Of a stretch of 64,000 nucleotides of DNA, positions 13,222-26,000 are shown one piece after another. The notes under the pieces are model-generated. The model made no database searches, had not been told where the DNA came from, and worked only from the letters and a program-made list of their open reading frames with translations. Numbering within the stretch: position 1 is the stretch's first letter; the number at the start of each line of letters is the position of its first letter. The DNA is taken from contig NC_092378.1 of assembly GCF_030028105.1 (NCBI RefSeq), positions 80,674,134-80,738,133 of the forward strand, read 5' to 3'. Both the position numbers and the translations under genes were made by a program. Origin of the DNA: Mobula birostris (lineage: Eukaryota).

Positions 13222-14564
13222 CAGACATCCCACCCTGCAAAAACTCATTTTCGGGAGGTAGCACCACCCCTGATCCCCGCAACCTCATATCCACCCCTCC
13301 CCCTGGTCGACCTCCAAGGGTGTATATATACAACGTATACAGGACATTTGATTATGAAAGAACACAATTTATTTAATCACAAATATGTAAATAGCTTCTC
13401 TCTCTCTTTCTCTCAATATATATATATATATATATATTTCTTGTTGAGTATTTTGCTGGCAGTCTCAATGCTGATAACTAAATGCTAATGCAAATAGCTT
13501 TTCTATTTCTTTTGCAAACTTTCCTTGTATTGTGATGTGGCTTACTTGGCAGATTTGAGCATTTTACCGGAAGTCTCAACCTCATAGCAGTCTGTGTCAA
13601 TGAATTTGTTAATTTTGCAAGACATCAGATTCACAAGTGTTTTGTGAGACAGATGACTTCTGAATTCTGTCTTAATGTGATGCACCATACTGAATGCACT
13701 TTCTACATCATAATTAGAAATTGGCAGCACCAAAAGCAGCTTCATCAACTGGCAGAGCTCTTTGAATCTCAACTGCCCTGTGCTCACAGATTTTACTTTG
13801 GATAGCTTCCCCCAGAACTCATCAACTTGCAAACTTTTGTAGTTTGGCACCAGTCCTTCAAGGTTAGTTGAGACATACTCCAGGACTTCCAAGTGGAACT
13901 GTTCTCTTGCATCTGCCTTGATCACATTTGAAAATCTCTCTGTCAAAGCCAAAACCTGCTCTGGATTCACCTCATCTTGGCTCTCTGTATTGACCACTGA
14001 CAGATTTTTCAAGATTTGGTCTCTCATTGGGAACTTCTCCAAGATTTTTTGAAAGCACCTCACATAGAATACTCTGGCATCTTTAAAGAACTGCTTTGTC
14101 TTGTAAGGGAGGTGGGGGGAGATCTCTTGTGCTTCCTCACTTAGCAACTGCCTCCTTGCCAGGTACCCAATGCAGCGAGCAACACTGTCATTATTGTTGA
14201 CCCCTATTAGGCAGGGGTACACTTTAGTGTAGTCTGGGGTGAAGTACGTTTTATATTTCCTTTTTTTGGAACACTCTGCCATGGCGCTGCAGGAAACTAA
14301 ACTGAACTGATGGACAATGAAAGAGAGAGAGGTCGACTGTAAAGCCCGCCCACAGAGAAAACTGATAGGTCTACTTAACTCAAAGAGAGACCAATCAGGA
14401 TGCTCTCTCTGCCACTCTCTCACTATGTCTGTCACTCACTCTCTGTCTCTCTTGCTATCAAAATAAATTGATTTCTGGGATATTATATATAATTTTCAGG
14501 TGTCAGGGAGACACTATCAATATGCAGGAGAGTCCCGGAACTTCCAGGAGAGGTGGGATGTCTG
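13222..14564 (-). mobile_element. hAT DNA transposon, internally deleted, 13-bp TIR, 6-bp TSD
   Basis: TIR CAGACATCCCACC / GGTGGGATGTCTG, with TGTAAG on both sides (13216-13221, 14565-14570). ORF 13542-14435 ends in a hAT dimerisation domain (EFW...LLVLPISNYDVESAFSMVHHIKTEFRSHL). Confidence 0.88.
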
Positions 14565-14656
14565 TGTAAGAGTGAATCCTGGACTCCCACATCCGGCAAG
14601 ACAGTGACTCCCGGCCTCTCACACACCCCGTTGGACAGCGGGCCCCAGCCTCTCAT

Positions 14657-15337
14657 TTTCATAAGGGGGCATTGGTGGCGGACCCAAATGCAAGACACTG
14701 GAGACCTGGCTACAGGACTGGACGAGGCTTGGGTCCTTTGAGGCTTCGATGCTTTTGCAGGGCTGGGCCCCTTTCTTGGATGCTGGGCCGAGATGCTTAC
14801 TAGGATGCGGGACTGGGATGATTGCCGAGTTAAACCACCAAGGAAACAGTCAGGGATTCAGATGGAGAGGGGAAGGGACAGATCCAACCACAGGGTAACA
14901 GCAAGGACGGCCTGACTTACCTCATGGAGGCAAGGACAGGAAGGGAGCTCAATCCGGGATAGCTCTGAGTCTCGGAATGGCCAGCAACCTTGGCTGGCTA
15001 CAGAAACAGCTGAATCCATATCCAGCTTGGAGTAGCAGACAGCCACTCATCTGGCCCTGGAGATGGCCGAATCCATAGCACGATGACTGCTCCGACTAGA
15101 GACAACAAGGCTCCATGAAGCAGTGGTCCTCCAACCAGGCCTAGAGATCATGAATGGCTGCTCTAGCCTTCCACCAGTGGGTTGCTCCAAGGGGATACTG
15201 ACGAGACAAACCAGCCCCCACACTTCTTCTTCTTCTCTGTCTTGTTTTATGACGGTTGGCACCCAGTTTAGTGGTGCATTACTGCCACCTTCTGCTCCAG
15301 AGTGTGCAATAGACGTACATTCTAAATCCCTTCACCC

Positions 15338-15372
<35 letters not shown>

Positions 15373-16374
15373 AACCTACACTGTATCCTCCCATTTTTGG
15401 CCATCCTAGTACCCTATTCCTGCTTATCCATCATATCCTATAAAAAAAACCCTGTACCCCTTAAGAAAGCTAAAAATACCCTAACCCGTGCTCACTCACC
15501 CTTGCCCAGCAACCTTTTTAATATGAATTCCTGTACCCCCAATTCCCTTAGATTAATTCTCATCATCTCTCTCTGTATCCCATACTTCCTGCAACTCAGA
15601 ACTACATGTTCTACTGACTCTTCTTCCTGACATTCCTCACACAATCCTGTCTGGTGTTTCCCTATCATTTTCAATGTTTTGTTTACTGCACAGTGCCCCA
15701 GCCTTAACCACATCGTTTCCTCTCTTCTGTGTCCACTACCTACTCTAGTACCTGCAACACTTTTTTGTATTTGATATAAATGCCTCCCTTTCCGCTCCCT
15801 GTCCCATCTTCCTTGCCACATTTGGTTGATTTTTTTTCCCCAGATTACACACTTAACCTTTGCTTTACTGATACAAATGTGCATTTCTATAGTTTCTTTA
15901 ACGCCCTCTTTGCCAGCTCACCCACCTTCTCATTCCCCTTCACTCCTACATGTGCTGGAACCCATAGAAATTTTACCTGACCTCCCTGATTTGCAATTCT
16001 TGTGACTGACTGAAGGACTTCATAAAGTACATCTTGCCGACTGTTTGAGTGAAAAGACATTAAACTTGCTCAAACTAAGGATGAATCTGAGCATATCAAC
16101 ACTTTGACTTGTCTAGCTTTCTCCACCCATCGCAACACAACCAACACCACCAGCATCTCCACTGTATACACCCCTAACTTAGTAAATGCTCTTCTGCTGA
16201 TATACAGCTCCCACACTCGAACCCAGGGCCACTTATATTCCCAGCCCCAAGACTAGCATCAGGTGTCTATGATTAAGCTCAACTGAAACAAGGGACAGCC
16301 GGAAGACCCAGAGTCCAGAGTCAAAGGACTGGACTGTGAACCCGAATGCGGACTTCACGGACAAAACCATGACA
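14657..16374 (-). mobile_element. Solo LTR (same family as 33338-34045), split by a LINE
   Basis: 16210-16374 and 14870-14940 are reverse-complement matches to 33338-33590. Termini T(T)TCAT...ATGACA; probable TSD CTCAT/TTCAT. Confidence 0.75.
15225..16204 (-). mobile_element. I-clade/Nimb-type LINE 3' end (RNase H C-terminus, CCHC knuckle, (GAA)n tail)
   Basis: Minus strand encodes WVPAHVGVKGNE near 15930-15965. ORF 15492-15884 has LRLGH...CEECQEEESVEHVVLSC. TSD CAGC[C/T]CCCACACT at 15212-15224 and 16205-16217. Confidence 0.85.
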
Positions 16375-17188
16375 TTCATATCCTGTAAGATAGTGAGTTT
16401 CAGACTCTTACACTCAGTAAGACAGATGTTGGCCAGAGGAAACTATAGTCTAATCCAGTACAGGGAAAGCAGAACAACCAATTCTCTTCATTTCCCCCCA
16501 TTTTGTGGACTCAACTGATTCTTGCTCTTGGATAATATAATCAGAGCAACTGAATGTGGTCACAGGAAGCTTCAGGTAATGATCTGTTAAACCTGGGACC
16601 ATTTTCAAACAAGTAGCTATTTGTTACATAAAGGACGTAGACTCTGACCTAATTCTTGACTCTGGGACAATGTAATCAGAGCAAAAATTCTAAGACCATT
16701 CTCAGAGGAGTAGCTACCTGTTACGTAAATTACCAGACCTACCAAAGAAGCAATATGTAATCTCGATAGACTCTGTCTGTGTTGCCTCATTTAACTGGCT
16801 TGGATCAGTCAGAGAGTAAAGACACAAACACACAAGACTGGGGTGGGCAGAGTCATGAAACAACGTTGGCAGTAGCCCAGTAGGTTAGGTGACCTTGAGC
16901 CAATGAGATGGAGGTCCAACAGTTCAATTGATGAGGAACACTCTAAGACTCAGGAGCTCCAAAACACAGAGGCGATGACTCTCCAGCAGCCAGAGACCAG
17001 CTCCCTTGGATAAGGAGGATCCCATGGACACGCAGAGATAGGACCAAGAGCAATGCCTGGCCAGCGTAGACTCCTTTCTCTTTATTGACTATTCATGGAG
17101 AATCAGGGAATTCTACTAGGGTGCACACAAGTTCACTCAACCTATTCTCATAAAGCATGCTCCCCAATCCAGGCAACATCCTTGTAAA

Positions 17189-18040
17189 TGCAAACGCGAA
17201 GAATTCTGCAGATGCTGGAAATTCAAGCAACACACATCAAATTTGATGGTCAACGCAGCAGCCAGGCAGCATACACATGCCCTTACACTTCCTCCCTTAC
17301 CACCATTCAGGAACCAGACAGTCCTTCCAGGTGAGGCGACACTTGACCAGTGAGTCACCTGGGGTGATATACTGCGTCCGGCGCTCCCGATGTGACCTTC
17401 TATATATTGGAGAGACCCGACGCAGACTGGGAGATCGTTTTGCTGAACACCTATGCTCTGTCCGCCAGAGAAAGCAGAATCTCCCAGTGGCCACACATTT
17501 TAATTCCACATCCCATTCTCATTCTGATATGTCTATCCACGGCCTCCTCTACTGTAAAGATGAAGCCACACTCAGGTTGGAGGAACAACACCTTATATTC
17601 CGTCTGGGTAGCCTCCAACCTGATGGAATGAACATTGACTTCTCAAACTTCCACTAATGCCCCACCTCCTCCTCGTACCCCATCCGTTATTTATTTATAT
17701 ACACAAATTCTTTCTCTCTCTCTCCGTCCCTCTGACTATACCCCTTGCCCATCCTCTGCATTCTTTCCCCCCCTCCCCCTTTTCCTTCTCCCTGGGCCTC
17801 CTGTCCCATGATCCTCTCATATCCCTTTTGTCAATCACCTGTCCAGCTCTTGGCTCCATTCCTCCACCTCCTGTCTTCTCCTATCATTTTGGATCTCCCC
17901 CTCCCACTTTTAAATCTCTTACTAGCTCTTCCTTCAGTGAGTCCTGACGAAGGGTCTCGGCCCCAAACATCGACTGTACCTCTTCCTAGAGTTGCTGCCT
18001 GGCCTGCTGCGTTCACCAGCAAATTTGATGTCTGTTGCCA
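17189..18040 (+). mobile_element. Penelope-like element with inverted 5' pLTR fragment, GIY-YIG C-terminus and pLTR
   Basis: ORF 17277-17657 is nearly identical to 44-370, and 17189-17272 is inverted pLTR. The hammerhead at 17939-17976 has GAAA changed to CAAA. Confidence 0.92.
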
Positions 18041-18878
18041 TTATTACAAGGACTGATGTTTGCAGTAAGGTGAGTCCCAGACTCTCACATCCTGTAAGAC
18101 AGGGAGTCCCAGACTCCTACACCCCGTAGCACAGTGAGTCCCAGACCCCTACACCCCATACTACAGTGAGTACCAGACTCTTCCACCCGGTGGTACAGTG
18201 AATCCCAGAATCCTACACCCCATAAGACAGTAAGTCCCAGACTCCTATACCCTGTTAGGCAGTGAGTCCCAGACCCCAACACTCCATAAGACAGTGAGCA
18301 CAGACTCCTACACCCCATAGTAAAGTCACTCTTACACCCTATAAGACAGTGAGCCCAGACACCTACACCTCGTAGTACAGTGAGTCCGAGACTCCTACAC
18401 CCCCAGCAGAGTCCCAGACTCCTACACCCCATAGTATAGTGTCCCAGACTCCTACACCCCACAGTACAGTGAGTCCCAAACTCCTACACTCCGTAGTACA
18501 GTGAGTCCGAGACTCCTACACCCCCAGCAGAGTCCCAGACTCCTACACCCCAGAGTACACTGAGTCCCAGACTCCTACACCCCATAGTACAGTGAGTCCC
18601 AAACTCCTACACTCCGTAGTACAGTGAGTCCGAGACTCCTACACCCCCAGCAGAGTCCCAGACTCCTACACCCCATAGTATAGTGTCCCAGACTCCTACA
18701 CCCCACAGTACAGTGAGTCCCAAACTCCTACACTCCGTAGTACAGTGAGTCCGAGACTCCTACACCCCCAGCAGAGTCCCAGACTCCTACACCCCAGAGT
18801 ACACTGAGTCCCAGACTCCTACACCCTATAAGACAGTGAGCCCAGACTGCTACAGCCCTCAGTACAGTAAGACTTACT

Positions 18879-20032
18879 GTCCCCAACCACCGGGCCGCGA
18901 GGAAACAATATGAGTCAGCTGCACCTTTCCTCATTCCCTGTCACGCCCACTGTTGAGCTTGAACGCACACGAGGTCATGACCCGCGCGTCATCAATGTCA
19001 GCGCAGGAAGGAGATCAACTCCTCGAGCTTGCAAAAGACGACGGGCTGAAAAGTATGTTTGACGTAACATCTCTGCCGGCATTCTGGATCAAAGTCAAGG
19101 CTAAATATCCTGAGATAGCCACGGAAGCACTGAAAACGTTGCTTCCATTTCCAACTTATCTCTGCAATGAATGTAACAAAAACTAAATTGCGCAATAAAG
19201 TGGACATAAGGAACCCATTCGAGTATTGCTGTCTCCCATCACCCCTCGATGTCTTGTTGCAGGGAAACAAGACCAGGGCTCCCACTGATTCAGCGATATT
19301 GGTGCGTTGCAATGACTTTATATGTTCATACGGGGAAAATATGCGCTGTGTGTTTAATATCCAAACGTTACTTAAAATGTTATGATGCTATTGACTTACT
19401 TACATAACCATATAACAATTACAGCACGAAAACAGGCCATCTCTGCCCTTCTAGTCCATGCCGAACGCTACTCTCACCAAGTCCCACCGACCTGCACGCA
19501 CCCCATAACCCCGCCCCCATTCCTTTCCTGTCTATATACCTATCCAATTTAACTTTAATGATAATATCGAACCTGCTTCTGCCACTTCTACTGGGAATTC
19601 GTTCAACATGTATTTCAAGCCCCCCTGTCCTCGCCTGATAATTGACTTATCGCTATATTCATGCGAGGAAAATATGCGCTGTGTGTTTAATATTAAATTC
19701 GTTAGATAAACCCTTTTAGAAACGAAATTGAGTGTATTAGCCACTTATCACCGATATTTAGGTCGTGATTAACAGCGCCCCCCTCCCGAACAGAATCGCC
19801 AAAAACAATTTCAGCAAAAAACGGCATGTGCGCGCATACGCAGTTCACGCATGCGCACTGGTGCCCGGGCAAGGTTTCATGGTCATTGTAGTCTTATGTG
19901 AACACAACGTATTTGACTGCTACTGTACTCTCGTCCGTTGGCAACCATACCCCCACCACCCGGTCGGCCGGTCCGCAAGAATATTGTCAATAAGAAACCG
20001 GTCCGCACTGCAAAAAAGGTTGGGGACCCCTG
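18879..20032 (+). mobile_element. Charlie/Buster-type hAT deletion derivative inside the satellite
   Basis: Right TIR GTTGGGGACCCCTG ends at 20032; left TIR is truncated (GTCCCCAACC). ORF 18953-19186 (DQLLELAKD..LPAFWIKVKAKYPEIA..ALKTLLPFPTYLC) is a hAT C-terminal domain. Confidence 0.88.
19405..19615 (-). mobile_element. CR1 3' end nested in the hAT element
   Basis: AACCATATAACAATTACAGCACG..AACAGGCCATCTC is the reverse complement of the tail at 1290-1375; translates NEFPVEVAEAGSILSLK. Confidence 0.8.
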
Positions 20033-23000
20033 TAGTAAGTCACAGACCCCTACACACCGTTAGACAGTGAGCCCAGACTCCTAGACCCCGTAGTACACTG
20101 GGTCCCAGACTCCTGCACACCATAAGACAGTGAGCCCAGTCTCCTACACCCGGTAGTACAGTGAGTCCCAGACTCCTACACCCCATAGAATAGTGAGTCC
20201 CAGAATCCTACTCCCTGAAAGACAGAGTCACAGACTCTAACACCCCATAAGACAGTGAGTCCCAGACTGCTGCACCCCGTAGTAGAGCGAATCCCAGACT
20301 CCTACACCCTAAAAGACATTTAGCCAAGACTCCTACACACCATAGTACAGTGAGTCCCAGACTCCTACACCCTGTAGTACAGTGAGTCCCAGCCTCCTAC
20401 ACCCCATAGGACAGAGAGTCCCAGACTACTACACCCCATATTGCAGTGAGTCCAGGACTCCAACACCCTAGAAACAGTGAGTCCCAGGCGCCTACATCCC
20501 ACAGTACAGTGAGACCCAGGCTCCTACACCCCGTAGTGCTGTGAGTCCCAGACTCCTACACCCTATAAGACTGTAGGTCCCAGATTCCTACACCCTGTTA
20601 GACAGTGAGACCCAGAATCCTACACTCCATAAGACAGGGAGCCCAGACTCCTAAACCCCGTAGTACAGTGAATCCCAGAATCCTACACAACGTAGTACAG
20701 TGAGTCCCAGACTAAGACACCCCATAGTACAGTGAGTCCAGGCCTCCTGCACCCTATAAGACAGTGAGTCCCAGAATCCTACACCCTGTAAGACCGAGTC
20801 CCAGACTCCTGAACCCTGTCGCACCATGAGTCCAAGACTCCTAAACCCTGTAAGACAGTGAGTCCCAGTCTCGAACACTCCGTAGTACAGTGAGTCCCAG
20901 ACTCCTACACCCCGTATTACAATGAATGCCAGACTCATCCACCCCATAAGACAGTGAACCAGACTCCTACACCCCGTAGTACAGTGTGTCTCAAACTACT
21001 ACACTCCGTAGTACGTTGAGTCCGAGACTCCTACACCCCCTAGCACACTGAGTCCCAGACTCCTACACCCCGTATTACAATGAATGCCAGACTCATCCAC
21101 CCCATAAGACAGTGAGCCCAGACTCCTACACTCTGTAGTACAGTGAGTCCCAGACACCTACACCCCGTATTACAGTGAGTCCCAGACTCCTACACCCCGT
21201 ATTACCGTAGGTCCCAGACTCCTACACCCCATAGTACAGTGAGTACTAGACTCCTACAACCCATTTTACAGTGATACCCAGACCCCTACACGCAGTAGTA
21301 CACTGAGTCCCCGAATTCTACACCCCGTAGTTCAGTGAGTCCCAGACTCCTACACCCCATAAGACAGTGAGCCCAGATTGCTATGCCCCGTAGTACAGTG
21401 AGTCCCAGACTCCTACACCCCGTAGTACAGTGCGTCCCAGAATCCTACACCCTGAAAAGCAGTGAGTCACAGACTCCTGCAACCCATAAGACATTGCGTC
21501 CCAGACTCCTACACCCCGTTAGACAGTGAGTCCCAGACACCTACGCCCCTTAGTACAGTGAGTCCCAGACTCCTACACCCCGTAGTACAGTGCGTCCCAG
21601 AATCCTACACCCTAAAAAAAAGTGAGTCACAGACTACTACAACCCATAAGACATTGCGTCCCAGACTGCTACACCCCGTAGTACAGTGTGTCTCAAACTC
21701 CTACATTCCATAGTACGTTGAGTCCGAGACTCCTACACCCCCTAGCACACTGAGTCCCAGACTCCTACACCCCATAAGACAGTGTGCCCAGACTCCTACA
21801 CCCCATAGTACAGTGGGTCCCAGACTCCTACAATCCATCAGACAGTGAGTCCCAGACTCCTACATGCCGTAGTACAGTGAGTCCCAGACTCCTACACCCC
21901 TTAGTACAGTGAGTCCCAGACTCCTACACCCCTTAGTACAGTGAGTCCCAGACTCCTACACCCCTTAGTACAGTGCGTCCCAGAATCCTACACATTAAAA
22001 AACAGTGAGTCCCAGACTCCTACACCCCATAAGACAGTGAAGCCAGACTCCTACACACCATTAGACAGTGAGCCCAGACTCCTACACTCTGTAGTACAGT
22101 AAGTCACAGTCTCCTACGCACCCTTAGACATTGAGTCCCAGAATTCTACACCACATAGTACAGTGAGACACAAACATCTGCAACGCAAGGTACAATGAAT
22201 CCCAGATTCCTTCACCCCATGAAACCATGAGTCCCAGACTCCTACACCCCTTAGTACAGTGCAGCCCAGACTCCTACACCCTGTATGACATTGAGCCCAG
22301 ACGCCTACACCCCGTAGTACTTTGATTCCCAGACTTCAACATTCTGCAATACAGTGAGTCCCAGACTCCTCCACCCCGTTAGACAGTGAGTCCCAGACTC
22401 CTACACAGTGTAGTACAGTAAGTCACAGTCTCCTACACCCCCTTAGACAGTGAGTCCCTGAATTCTACACTCCGTAGTACAGTGAGCCCAGGACTCCTAC
22501 ACCCTGTAACACAGAGAGCCCAGACTTCTAAACCCCGTAGTACAGTGAGTCCCAGATTCCTACACACCACAGTACAGTGAGTCCCAGACTCCAGCACCCT
22601 GTAAAGAGTGAGCCCCGGCCTCATACATCCCAGCGAACAGTGAGATCCAGACTCCTACACCTCGTAGTATTGTGAGTCCCAGACTCCTACACGCCATAAG
22701 AGAGTGAGCCCAGTCTGATGCACCCCATGAGACAGTAAGTTCCAGACTCCTACACCCTGTTAGGCAGTGAGTCCCAGACTCGTACACCGCATAAGACAGT
22801 GACCCAGACTCCTACACCCCGTAGTACAGTGTGTCTCAGACTCCTACATTCCGTAGTACGTTGAGTCCGAGACTCCTACACCCCCTAGAACACTGAGTCC
22901 CAGACTCCTACACCCCCAGCACAGTGAGCCCAGACTCCTACACCCTGTAGTACAGTGAGTCCCAGACGCCTACACCTCGTATTGCAGTGAGTCCCAGACC

Positions 23001-26000
23001 CCTACACCCCATAGTACAGTGAGTACCAGACTCCTACAACCCATTTTACAGTGATACCCAGACCCCTACGCGCCGTAGTACACTGAGTCCCCGAATTCTA
23101 CACCCCGTAGTACACTGAGTCCCTGAATTCTAAACCCCGTAGTACAGTGTGTCCCAAACTCCTACACTCCGTAGACAATTGAGTCCGAGATTCCTACACC
23201 CCCTAGCACACCGAGTCCCAGACTCCTACACCCCATAAGACAGTGAGCCCAGACTCCTACGCCCCGTAGTACGGTGCGTCCCAGAATCCTACACCCTGAA
23301 AAACAGTGAGTCACAGACTACTACAACCCATAAGACATTGTGTCCCAGACTGCTACACCCCGTAGTACAGTGCATCCCAGACTTCTACACCCCATAAGAC
23401 ATTGAGCCCAGACTCCTGCAACCCGTAGTTCAGTAAATCACAGGCTCCTACACCCACTAGCACAGTGAGTCCCAGACTCCTACACCCCAGAGTACACTGA
23501 GTCCCAGACTCCTACACCCCAGAGTACACTGAGTCCCAGAATCCTACACCGCGTAGTACAGAGAGTCGCAGACACTTATACGCCGTGGTACAGTGAGTCC
23601 CAGACTCCTACCCTCCATAAGACAGTGAGTCCAGACTCCTACACCCCATAGTACACTGAGACACGGACTCCAAAACTCTGTAAACAGTGAGTCACGGACT
23701 GCTACATCCCATAGTGAGTCCCAGACTCATACACCGCATAAGACAGTGACCCAGTCTCCTACACCCCGTAGTACTGTGAGTCCTAGACTCCTACACCCCA
23801 TAAGACAGTCGGTTCAGTCTCCTACACCCCGTAAGACAGTGAGCCCAAACTCCTACACCCCGTAGTACAGTGTGTCCGAGATACCAACACCCTGGAGTAC
23901 AGTGAGTCCCAGACGCCTACTCCCCGTAGTACACTGAGTCCCAGACTCCTACACCCCATAAGACGGTGAGCCCAGACTCCTACGCCCCGTAGTTCAGTGA
24001 GTCCCAGGCTAAGACACCCCCTAGTACAGTGAGTCCCCGAATTCTACACGCCGTAATACAGTGAGTCCCAGACTCCAGCACCCTGTAAACGGTGAGTCCC
24101 GGACTCATACATCCCAGTGAACAGTGAGATCCAGACTCCTACACCTCGTAGTACTGTGAGTCCCAGACTCCTACACCCCATAAGAGAGTGAGCACAGTCT
24201 GATACACCCCATGAGACAGTAAGTCCCAGACTCCTACACCCTGTTAGGCAGTGAGTCCCAGACTTGTACACCCCATAAGACAGTGACACAGACTCCTACA
24301 CCCCGTAATACAGTGTGTCTCAAACTCCTACACTCCGTAGTACATTGAGTCCGAGACTCCTACACCCCCTAGCACACTGAGTCCCAGACTCCTACACACC
24401 ATAAGACAGTGAGCCCAGACTCCTACACCCTGTAGTACAGTGAATCCCAGACTCCTACACACAACAGTACAGTGAGTCCCAGACCCCTACACCCCGTAGT
24501 ACACTGAGTCCTCGAATCCTGCACCCTGTAGAACAGTGAGTCCCAGACTCCTAAACAGTGTAAGACAGTTAGTCCCAGACTCCTATACCCCGTAGCATCA
24601 TAAGCCCCAGACTCCTATACCCCCAGTACAGTGAGTCCCAGACTCCTACACCGCATAAGACAGTGAACCCAGACACCTACACACCGTAGTACACTGAGTC
24701 CCCGAATTCTACACCCCGTAGTACACTGAGTCCCCGAATTCTACACCCCGTAGTACACTGAGTCCCAGACTCCTGCACCCCATAAGACAGTGACCCAGTC
24801 ACCTACACTGCATAGTACAGTATGTCCCAAACTCCTACACTCCGTAGACAATTGAGTCTGAGATTCCTACACCCCCTAGCACACTGAGTCCCAGACTCCT
24901 ACACCCCATAAGGTAGTGAGCCCAGACTCCTATGCCCCGTAGTACAGTGAGTCCCAGTCTCCTACACCCTGTAGTACGGTGCGTCCCAGAATCCTACACC
25001 CTGAAAATCAGTGAGTCACAGACTACTACAACCCATAAGACATTGCGTCCCAGACTGCTACACCCCGTAGTACTGTGCGTCCCAGACTCCTACACCCTAT
25101 AAGACATTGAGCCCAGACTCCTGCAACCTGTAGTACAGTAATTCACAGACCCCTACACCCCGGAGTACACGGAGTCCCAGACTCCTACACCCCAGAATAC
25201 ACTGAGTCCCAGAATCCTACACTGTGTAGTACAGAGAGTCGCAGACGCTTACCCCCCGTAGTACAGTGAGTCCCAGACTCCTACACTCCATAAGACAGTG
25301 AGTCCAGACTCCTACACTTCATAGTACACTGAGACACAGACTCCAACACTCTGTAAACAGTGAGTCCCGGACTGCTACATCCCATAGTACAGTGAGATCC
25401 AGACTCCTACACCCCGTAGTACTGTGAGTCCTAGACTCCTACACCCCATAAGACAGTCAGTTCAGTCTCCTACACCCCGTAAGACAGTGAGGCCCAAACT
25501 CCTACACCACATAGTACAGTGTGTCCGAGATACCAACACCCCGGAGTACAGTGAGTCCCAGACGCCTTCTCCCCGTAGTACAGTGAGTCCCAGACTCCTA
25601 CACCACGTAGTACAGTGTGTCCCAGACATCTGCACCCCATAAGACAGTTATCCCAGACTCCTACACCCTGTTAGACAGTTAGACCCAGACTCCTACACCC
25701 CATAAGACATTGAGCACAGATTCCTACACACTGTAATACAGTGAGTCCCAGACTCCGACACCCTATAACACAGTGAGCCCAGACTGCTACACCCCATAGT
25801 ACAGTGAGTCCTAAACTCCTACAGCCCGTAGCACAGTGAGTCCAAGACTCCTACACCCCATAGTACAGAGAGTCCAAGACTCCTACACACTGTTGTACAG
25901 TGACTCCCAGACTCCTACACACAACAGTACAGTGAGACACAGACTCATACATACCGTAGTAAATTGAGACCCAGATCCCTACACCCCGTAGTACACTGGG

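Noticed and set aside
16370-16380. Shared TGAA next to both LTR 5' ends suggesting an inverted segmental duplication
   Set aside because: The left LTR has its own probable TSD (CTCAT/TTCAT), and the right TGAA belongs to a satellite unit, so this is likely coincidence.
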